Below, in pieces: positions 13,556-23,819 of a stretch of DNA of 64,000 nt. The notes beneath the pieces are model-generated. The model was not told the DNA's origin and searched no databases. It saw only the letters and a program-made list of their open reading frames with translations. The stretch comes from Pecten maximus. Taxonomy: Eukaryota. The position numbers and the translations under genes are program-made. The DNA is taken from NCBI RefSeq assembly GCF_902652985.1, contig NC_047020.1, positions 14,322,001-14,386,000 of the forward strand, in the 5' to 3' direction. Position 1 is the stretch's first letter, and every line of letters starts with the position of its first letter.

Positions 13556-14150
13556 TATATTCTACCATGTTTGCTATGTAACGCCAGTTTTGATTGGTTT
13601 AAAACCATGTATTATTTTCCAATAACCCACGCTCGTGCCAATAATACACGGTCGTGAGTCACGGCTGTTACAATTTTATAAAAGTTACTATAGTGGGCTA
13701 ATGGGTTAGTCTTTCAATAAATTTTTATCAAGACGCGAGTTCGAATCCTACGGAGGCCCCCCTTTATTTCTTTTTTTTTATTCTTTTTTTTTTTATTTTC
13801 AAAATCAATGCCATATGATAGATGCTCTTATCGTAGTACTGTATTGCCTGTATATTTCATCAACAAATAATGCAACACTCAAGAAATAAATTACAAGGTT
13901 TTCTCGGGGTTTCTTTGCTGTTTTTCTATTAAAAAGAGGTCGATCTCAGAGCTAAACAGTACATGGTAGAATAGAAATAATCAACTTTGACTCGTGTATT
14001 GTTGCAGGATATACAACTCGGACTCGGATATTTTGCAATTTTAATTAATAACTCAGGCCTGCGGCCTTCGTTATTAATTTAATTGCAAAATATCCTCGTC
14101 CTCGTTGTATATCCTGCAACAATACACGAATCATCGTTAATTATTTCTTA
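13556..14150. mobile_element. Non-autonomous element with subterminal inverted repeat and ~85-bp-stem terminal hairpin (Helentron/HINE- or Crypton-like)
   Basis: tattctaccatgt (13558-13570) is inverted at 13961-13973, followed by a long palindrome at 13974-14147. Confidence 0.65.
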
Positions 14151-15427
14151 AGTAAACCACGACATATTAGGTGTGCTCTTAGAACTTAAAATTTACCCAT
14201 AGCGAATGTTCTGTGGTCAAAATTCCGGATATTGTTTCCGTTTGGAGTTTCCCGAAAGTACTTACTCTGTCGTCATACAAAGGTGACAGTGTGTGGAGAA
14301 TGTAAACACTTCTATAAATAGCATATAGGTAGTTGAGCATTAACACAAGGACAGGTAGGTGTATTCTTAAGTTATTTACAAGGAAAATTCGCTGAGGGGT
14401 TAAATGTAGGCGTATATTGTCTATTTCTCCGGTATAGTTAGACAATGTACGTATCACACGTTTAGATAAACAAACTGTGTTTCTGTTTCCCGATAACATG
14501 TATGTGTGTACGTCAGGTAGGTGTAAGTACACACATGTGTAGGCACCCGCTCATACTTATACAGGTGAGTATCTCGTTATCTATATAATACCTCCATATC
14601 CTTACCGTCGATGTATACAGTTTGACAATCTGAATTTAACTGACATCAAATTATGAAAACGCATCAGTTGACAGAAGTGTGTGCGTTCATAAACTTGTAT
14701 TTATTGTCTGTACCATAGGGATCTGATAAGTCGAGGAAATGTTTTTGATACACGTTACATAGTGCCATGGTGAATCTATGTTCCGTGCTTTGTCAACGCC
14801 TAGAAAAGCAGTAATAGCTAAGCTGGCAACTGGAGTTTCATACATTTGCAAATATTCATTTAGTCCACGACGGGTCAGATGTCTCATCATTTATATTCCA
14901 TTTTGAATTCTTTAATATATAATAGCACGGATGTGAAATGTCAATTAATATTATCATTTGGTTATTTTTTTTGTTTTGTTCCGGTTATAGATGTCTACGG
15001 TGTCTTAAATATTAATATATCGATCAACTATACAGCGTGTAGCCCTAAGGAAGTCGGCCATCAGTAGTGTGTATATGCTACATTCAGACAGGAAGTCGGC
15101 CATCAGTAGTGTGTATAAAGTAGCCTATGACAATCCAAATAAACATCTCAATTACAAAGTACATTTCAAGGCACATTAACATATTACGTTAATCACAGCC
15201 AGAGGTAAATTACTAAGGATATTTTGTCAGTGTAAAATTCCTATACCAAAATAGATAGTGGTATACGTTTTAAACGAGGACGATTGCCAGTTTTATGTTA
15301 TTATTACTAGCTAAATAGTATCGTCCTCAAGAAAATCATCTCTTATTACATGGTACTTTTCACTTAAAAAAAATCAATCGCTATCTATATGATATCAATC
15401 ATCTGTACTCCACTTTGATACCCATCA

Positions 15428-15925
15428 TTATTGTGTAAGTACGACGTAATGTCCTTCAGTACTGTGTATGTACGACGTACTGTCCCATCAGTAATGTGTA
15501 TGTACGACGTACCGTCCTTCAGTATTGTGTATGTACGACGTACTGTCCCATCAGTATTGTGTATGTACGACGTACCGTCCTTCAGTATTGTGTATGTACG
15601 ACGTACTGTCCTTCAGTATTGTGTATGTACGACGTACTGTCCTTCAGTATTGTGTATGTACGACGTACCGTCCTTCAGTATTGTGTAAGTACGACGTACC
15701 GTCCTTCAGTATTGTGTATGTACGACGTACTGTCCTTCAGTATTGTGTATGTATGTTGTACTGTCCTTCAGTATTGTGTATGTACGACGTACTGCCCTTC
15801 AGTATTGTGTATGTACGACGTATTGTCTCATCAGTATTTTGTATGTACGACGTACTGCCCTTCAGTATTGTCTATATTTACGATGTACCGTCTTATCAGT
15901 GTGTATATGTACGACGTACTGTCAT
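15428..15925. repeat. 31/33-bp minisatellite, about 15 copies
   Basis: Unit cagtattgtgtatgtacgacgtactgtcctt. Confidence 0.95.
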
Positions 15926-16655
15926 TTCAATTGTATTGATATTGGTGACCTACCATTCACTCGATTCATATACCTTTATTGAACACATATAGTAATATAC
16001 TATTATGATTCCATAGAAATAAACACAAGAACATACATTTGTCATGAAAAGTTTTCGTTACTTTTTCCCCAGGCAGTCCATATCTTAAATTCAGAAAAGT
16101 CGAGACCTAAACTTCATGAAATATACCACGTCCGAAATGGTAGGGTCACTTTAAACTTTAAAACATTGTAATGAATATTTTCAACCTGCTACCTTGACAG
16201 ACACGATACACAGTGTATGTAGACCAGTTGTGCATTCGAGCGAATAAAGAGTTAAGCATGTTTACATTTCAAAGTTATACACGTAAATACACCATGATCT
16301 CAATCTACGAATAAGCTACACAGGTTTCGTTTTACATTTGTGCGATATTGTCACCCGTTTAAATTGTATGTGTGTTCCAATATTTACCTTGTAGTTTCGG
16401 TTGGGATAACTACATTTTAATTAACAAGTATTAAGGTTCCGGCTACGTCTATGAAGGGAAATCGATTGAAATTTAAAGATACCTCCGCCAAAATTGTTAT
16501 TCAAATATTACGTTTAGTGACAACCCAGATTCAAGTAAGCATACAAGGCACCGAAATATCGTTTGGAGATAATTTTTCTATTATGAATTCCTGTTAACTA
16601 TTTTAAACTCTTTTTCCAGGTATGAACACGTCTCCGGTATTCTAGATCTAGTGCC

Positions 16656-18092
16656 ATGGCGAAGAACATATCTGCTGGGATACAGAGTCGAATTCAGTTC
16701 TTCAGCGACCCAGGCTGGACGTGTAAGAGATGTGGCGAAGGAAATAACTTTGAGGAGCGGTTCTGCAAGAAGTGTGGTCGCAGAAATGTGGCCCACGAGA
16801 GACTTCAGAAAAGCATCAAACGGGCGAGTTTGGATCGTACAACATGGCACTGTGCCTCATGTACATTCATTAATCAAGGAATTCACCAATTCTGTGAGAT
16901 TTGTAACACGGCGCGAAGTGGCCTGACCAACAAGGGCACACCTAGACCTGCTCAGGAAGATGGTATGTTTGATGACAATGCGAAATGTAACACTATCGGA
17001 CCGGGTATGATGGACAATATAACTGACAATGAGGAGGTCAAACTAAGAGGTAAACATCGTGGTAAAGACGAAGATGACAGAAAGTCACGTTTAAGTAGAT
17101 TTTTCGCTTTTATCACTGGTTCTTCAGAGAAAATGCCGGAGGCTGAAAGTCGCCATGAGAAGGGGGAAAAGAAAAAATCAAAAGGCGGTGTAATACGAAA
17201 CAGTAAACTGTTTCAGTTCTTTGTCGGTGATAGCAGCAAGTCTTCTGATGAAGTGAAGACAGACGAAGGAACAAGACAAAGTACTTTTTACCTGGATGAC
17301 ATAACGGAGGAATTCGAAAATGAAAGCGATAAACAACACGCAGATGTATCACAAAGGACTTATATAAGTGAATGGAAACAAACAAAGTTTGAGGCAAGAC
17401 AGCCGGACAAAAGATCGAAAGAAAAGGAACTCGGAACCATTGATCTAGTAGTCAAAACGCCTTACAAACATATAGCGGAAAAGGAACAAATCGGTTTAGA
17501 TTTTGATAAAAAACGACTCGACAGAATCGATGGAAGACAGAAAGCAGGAGTTGTGAAAGACGAGAAACCTCGTAATATTTCGCCATCACCAAAGCGAAAA
17601 GAAGGGACCGGTATTGAGGGAATAAAACGGATGTTCGAAAATAAGTTAGAAGACAGGCAGCCCTCACCTAAAACAAGAACTGCTGTAAATGAAAAGGATA
17701 AAGGGAAGGCAAATGCAGGAAAAAAGGATGAAAAAATCAAGGAAAAAAATGAGAAGAAGAAAGAAAAGGCCGATAGAAAAACAGACGAAAAGTCCTTGTT
17801 CTCAATGCAAAAAGACAAAGAAGCGAGTAAACTGAATGACAATAAACCAGAAGCGGATAGAAAGAAGAAAAGATGGCCATGTAAGTCGTGTACGTACTTG
17901 AATGACGATTTGGCACAGCGATGTCGGATGTGTGATACACAACGACCGAAGATAGAAGCAAACAGGCCCTCAAAATTGATGAAAAGACGCATGCTAAAAA
18001 GTGGACGCAGTTTAAAAATAGCTGATTTACAAAAACAAGAAGAAAAGGAGGCACACAAAAAATGGGTCAACATCACATACTTTTGTAGAGAG
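16656..18092 (+). CDS. CAPN15: Calpain-15/SOL-like protease, coding exon 1 (3 RanBP2 zinc fingers + charged linker)
   Basis: Acceptor ttttccag before 16620; Kozak gccATGg; W-x-C-x2-C...N...C-x2-C fingers (WTCKRC, WHCASC, WPCKSC); GT donor after 18092. Orthologue versus paralogue not resolvable here. Confidence 0.88.
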
Positions 18093-18341
18093 GTATATAA
18101 ACTACGAATTTTATACTTAATATATAAATCAGTGTAGATCAAATATGTATATAGCCTCTTTTACTGGAAATCATGGTATTATTATCAAGTCCGATATTTA
18201 TAGCTAGACAAGAACATTTTATGGTTTAGTGAGATAGACATAAAGTCGAACAGCATTGTTAGTAATTTATTTTACAGTAATGTTATGGGTATCAGCTTAT
18301 GCAAACGTTTATAATTAATGGTTTGATATTGTATATTACAG

Positions 18342-18547
18342 AATGGAACAATGTTTGTAGATGAACAATTCCCTCCGAATGTTAACTCATTGTACTCCAG
18401 ACCACGTGTCGCCAGCGTCAATCCAACATGGCTGCGGTGCCATGACTTGCGAACAGAGGAAAGCAAAGAGGATAACGAAGACTGGGTTGTATATCGGTCA
18501 AATCCATTGGCTGATGATATAGGCCAAGGTCGCCTTGGTAACTGCTG
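18342..18547 (+). CDS. CAPN15: Calpain-15-like exon 2 (catalytic Cys)
   Basis: FVDEQFPP...DIGQGRLGNCW. Confidence 0.95.
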
Positions 18548-19797
18548 GTAAGTTTAAATTTGGAAATTTCTTTCGACCTATTGTAGCTTCCTCAGTCGCC
18601 ATCTAGGTACTTAAGTGGACCCCTTTCTGTAGAATATTATGATCACAAACAAACTGAGGTTTAAATTTTTTGTCTCTACGATGTCTTTGATTGTAAGTTT
18701 CAAAGTAGAGGGATATAATCTAATTCAACTGAAAAATTCTTTACCAAAAGCGTTCGGGCTGTAGACCTGTACCAACAGTTTAGTTTAGTCCTTAGGCATC
18801 ACTGACAAAACAGCGGCGTGATGCATTTTAAATTAAGTTTATTAAAAGGTGCTTTTATGAATTTTGTACAATCCGTTGGTTACTCTCCATTCACAAGCTA
18901 ATCAAAGTGTACTGCGACATAGGATTTGTAGAACACAATTTTAGATGTTAAAACAGCCTGTTAAACGTTACTTCCTAGTTGCCTACCTTATTGTGTACAT
19001 CAGTGTAACTAAGTGGTATGGTGTGAGTACTATCAAAGCCTGTCCATACAACTGTTATATTGACCCCACTGCATTTATCTATTGACTCTTTTCTTGATTC
19101 CATCTCACTTTTCGTGTCACGTCATGCCATTTTTTCAGTTGAATTCATGGGGCCTTTTTTTACTATTGGCTATGTACTATGTTCTATGAAGTAATTTTGT
19201 TTTCTATTTCATTTATTAATAATCACGAAGCATTTTGTCTGTTTAAGCCACAAACGTGTGTTATAAAATGAAATAACGACACTCTTATATCACCCTGTAT
19301 ACATAAAACCCCAGTGAGCGTTGATCAGTCTTTACGGCTGGATACAATACAGGGCCTTAAGGGTAGCTATGTTCTTAACAATGACTACTATTTGTAGCGA
19401 CCGGCTGTGTACAGGAGAAACATATTAAGTACCCCAGCGACAGCGATTTTATTCAGCAGTACGGTCAAGTTTAAGCGTAGTTCTAATTTCACTGATAAAT
19501 GTTATCTGCCGGAAATACAATCTTTTAAGTAAAGAACCTCCCTAGGTGACATTGCGGTCAATTTGAAATCTATAAATTGTTGAAGAATTATTATACGGAG
19601 GTGTATATACTGTATATATGACTTTATTGAACAAAACGTAAATCAATACATGCCGTAAATTAGTGTGTTTAAAATTACATAATTACATAATAATGGGTTG
19701 GGTTGGTGTACTCGGATGTATACTATATATAAGATATTGTGAAAGCCAAACCTGAGACATAGGGAAGCGCATTATACTCGATCTATATACATTTCAG

Positions 19798-19981
19798 GTT
19801 TTTGAGTGCTCTAGCTGTACTGGCAGAGAGAAAGGAACTGTTAGAGAAGATCATTCTGACGCGACAGTTCTGTAAGGAGAGGGCCTACCATGTCCGACTG
19901 TGTAAGGACGGGAGGTGGAAAATCGTACTAATAGATGACTTCTTCCCATGTGATCAGTACAACCGACTACTGTACTCCAAG
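19798..19981 (+). CDS. CAPN15: Calpain-15-like exon 3
   Basis: [10 protein letters not shown]...[20 protein letters not shown]. Confidence 0.95.
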
Positions 19982-20720
19982 GTAGGTTAAAATAAAGATA
20001 GGCTTATCCTGATTGATTGTTTGTGACATTTATATACACATAAAACATAAAACAACTTATTCTATTTCATCTATTTATAATTTTGTAAATAAATATCCAT
20101 TTTTGAAGTACATCTTCTACAAAATTACATACAAATATATCATATCATCGTGAGAATATAATTCATTTTATTCATTAATTGATTTCGTAGATAATGTATT
20201 TGATTTCATTACATTTATTGATATTGTTAATAAATACTAATTTTCAACCTGTGTATGCGATTCCATGTTGATCTAGGGAATATTCATCAAAAACTAAAAA
20301 CAAGCTACCATACAACATTTGAATTATAAATATGTGTTTACACAAATAATCTAACTGCCCACCAAGTAAATGAGCCAGTCGTTTACGAATAGTACTATGG
20401 CTTATTTACCGAGTGCAGTTTTTAGTACCTCGGGTGTTTATTTACAAAAATAGGGTCTGACTCTAGAATCGTGTTTTTGTACTTATCTAAAACATTCGCC
20501 AATTTGCAAATTTTACTGATAAGAAATAAGTGCATGGTTTTATAACTTCCCTTTTAATAGGTGATAACTACCTACTGGCAGAAGAAATGGCTGTTGTTCC
20601 TTTATTGCAAGACCATTCTCTATTTATTCTACAATAGCTGATATTCTTTTTATGACATTCACTGCAAGAACAGCATACATTAAAAGGCATCCTGACATAT
20701 AGTAAACTTTCTATACACAG

Positions 20721-20865
20721 TCCAAGCGGAAACAGCTATGGGTGCCCCTGATTGAGAAAGCCGCCGCTAAGCTGCATGGTTGTTACCAGGCACTAGAGTC
20801 CGGACGGGCTATTGAAGCGTTAGCTCTACTAACAGGCGAACCATGTGAACGGATACAACTCCAAG
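20721..20865 (+). CDS. CAPN15: Calpain-15-like exon 4
   Basis: [43 protein letters not shown]. Confidence 0.95.
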
Positions 20866-21481
20866 GTAATTTATATCACGTAAAGTATAACTAAATCTCT
20901 AATAGATAATTTGAAGTTATTTTTCGTTTAGTATCGGTATAGTATAAACTCTTATAACAGAAGTGATTTTTTGATGTTATTAATATATCTGTTGTCACGG
21001 TCCTCATTCTCATTTTGAGATTATGACTTACCTGGATTCAAACCCAGAATTGCAAGGTTGATATCGTCAATGAAACAGAGATGTTTATCTTTCCGGGACG
21101 GCATTACCCAGTCTCCTCATAATTTTTCAGTGGTCTTCATACAAATCTATATTTTATTTTGTCTTCGTTATATTGACTAAATAATAAGAATTGAGGTTCC
21201 GTTTTAATGTAGGTTCTCATTATTTTCCAAAATCTTTTCGAGGTTTGGTTTGGTTTATTTTGTTTACAGTCCTATTTACAGCCAGGATCTTTTAAGGACC
21301 TGCCAGGTTTAGGATCATTCGAGGTTAATGTCTTAATAAAGGTATCCGATATGCAATCATTTGCTATACAATATCAAACTGGACCTCTGTTCTCGACTCC
21401 AAAGCAAAGTCCTAAAAATCGTATTAACTATTGATATAAAAGATGTCAACATATGTTAAAGTTGTTTCTTTTCTTAAACAG

Positions 21482-21554
21482 AACAGGAAGATGACGATGT
21501 GGAGATAGACGAGAAGAAAATTTGGACAAAGCTCGTCAAGGCTCGCCAGTCTAA
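21482..21554 (+). CDS. CAPN15: Calpain-15-like exon 5
   Basis: EQEDDDVEIDEKKIWTKLVKARQSK; phase-consistent AG/GT boundaries. Confidence 0.85.
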
Positions 21555-22659
21555 GTAAATATATTAATATCTATATCTATAATAATTACCTTGTGTGTGT
21601 TCATTACGACCTGCAAGAGACTCGAAATATAGAGTGAAATATATTTAAAGACTGCATTTTCTTGCCACATAATTTATTACTAAAACAATAATAAAAAGGA
21701 ATGTTGCGATAAAAATAAAACTAAAGCATAATATATACTTGTATATATAATATGATCATGTCAAGCTATCGGGTCGACCATTACTGCGCCATTGAAACGT
21801 TTTATGTCATCTATGTCAAGAATCCGAGCCCAAGAGACAGATGCTATATTTACTGTTAGAAACACACAGGAATAATTATGGAGACCAGTATGTGTTGTAA
21901 ATGTCATTTATTAATGACTTATCAAATTTCAGCTTGAATATCAATTACTTAACAATGTTAATGGTATACCCCAAAAAATATCTGATGCGAGAAATCAACA
22001 TTTGTAATCTAACAGCAAAGATGGGGTAACAATTTGGCATTGATGACCTAGTTTAAAATTTGAACCTTCCGAAATAAGGACATGGATGTGGCACAGTGGT
22101 ATAAGCTACGGCTACTTCTGGCTAGGCGATTGGGTGACGTAGATAGTGAGTTTGAGGCCCGAACAGAGCACATATAATAAAATTATTTTCCTTTGTCATT
22201 TGTGTTACTATGTAATACAAACTGTATATTTGATTATTAGTTCAATGTATCATATTCACTATGCGTCGTAGTTGTACTCTGAGTGAATGAATAAAACTTA
22301 ATCTGATAATATTACTAGTGTCACACACATATAAAAACGTAAACAACATCGATCATTTAGATATCGCTTTCACGCCGAAAAACCCTTTGAATTGAGCTAT
22401 AATAATGTAAATTACTATTTTTCTTAATTCTAATGAAATGTTAACAATACCAAAAAAGGAATAGCACACATACTCACTGTCTTGCACACATGCTTCGGAA
22501 AATCACGTAAAATATTACGGAAAGGCCAGAGTGGTTTTAAAAGCTCAGTGTACAAAATTCATGAAGCTATTAAAACATACATCTCGAGATGTCAATGACA
22601 AAAGATATTTCATTATAAAATAAGGAAAGGTTTTCGTTGTAGCAATACAAAAAATTGAT

Positions 22660-23330
22660 CATGCAACTAGCAAGACATAACAAGATTAACACAATCATAT
22701 AATCATAGCACTAACAAAACTAATCAGGCTTAAAAACCTTGACACTGCCAAAACTGACCCTTCGTAAAATCAAAACAATGACAAAACTTATCAGCGTAAA
22801 ACCATAGCACTGACAAAACTAGTTTGGCGTAAAATCATAACACTGACAAAACAAATCAGGCGTAAAATCATAACACTGACAAAAATATTCCGTCGTAAAA
22901 TTGTAACACTGACAAAACTAGTTAGGCGTAAAATCATAACAATGACAAACCTAGTTAGGCGTAAAATCATAACACTGACAAACCTAGTTAGGCGTAAAAT
23001 CATAACAATGACAAACCTAGTTAGGCGTAAAATCATAACAATGACAATACTTGTCAGGCGTAAAATCATAACATAAAACAAAGTTGTCATGCGTAAAGTC
23101 ATAATACCGAAAAAACTAATCAGGCGAAAAATCATAACACTGACACAACTAGTCATGCGAAAAATCATAACACTGTTAAATCTAATCAGGCCTAGAATCA
23201 TGGCACTGATAAAACTAATCAGGCGTAAAGTCGTAACACTAACAAACTAATCAGGGGTAAACTCAGGACACTTACAAAACTAGCCAGGCGTGAAATTATA
23301 ACACTTACAAAACTAATCTGGTGGAAATTA
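22660..23330. repeat. 33-bp minisatellite, about 20 diverged copies
   Basis: Unit ggcgtaaaatcataacactgacaaaactagtta. Confidence 0.9.
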
Positions 23331-23819
23331 TATTGAAATTGGATTAGAGGACCAAATTACTAGTTCTTTACTTTTATTTTGCTTTGATAGAAGAAGTAAA
23401 TGGTGAAAGTTTACTGGATACGTATTTCGGGGATAATTGAATTGAAAATCTCAACTTTCAACGTTTTTCAGATAGCAATTCGATTTATACAAAGACTTTT
23501 TTTCCTGTGACAAGTTCTAAAGTCCAAACTTTGCCCGGGTTCGTTTAACTTTATAGCAATAACAGGAATGTCAATTGGTTGCACTGACCACAAACTTCCT
23601 ACTCTCAATCAGCTCTCAATCAGTTGTTTTTTAGGGATTTTCTGATACATTGAAATCATAGCTAACTTAAAAAAATGTTTTAAACGTATCTATGAGCACA
23701 GACACATAATTGAGCATATGTAGCACTACATAATAGTTATGTACATGAGATTCATTGGCCAGTTACAGCTAAATCAAACAATTGTATCCGACAAACTGCT
23801 TATTCACTATCCATTCTCA

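Noticed and set aside
15431-15992. Repetitive Cys/Val-rich ORFs
   Set aside because: Translations of the 31-bp minisatellite.
17113-18142. Minus-strand ORFs up to 226 aa
   Set aside because: Antisense shadows of the K/E-rich calpain exon.
22087-22162. tRNA-like sequence (gtggcacagtggta...gagtttgaggccc)
   Set aside because: Does not fold as a cloverleaf; more likely a decayed SINE head than a tRNA gene.
22791-23201. 136-aa hydrophobic repeat ORF
   Set aside because: Translation of the 33-bp minisatellite.
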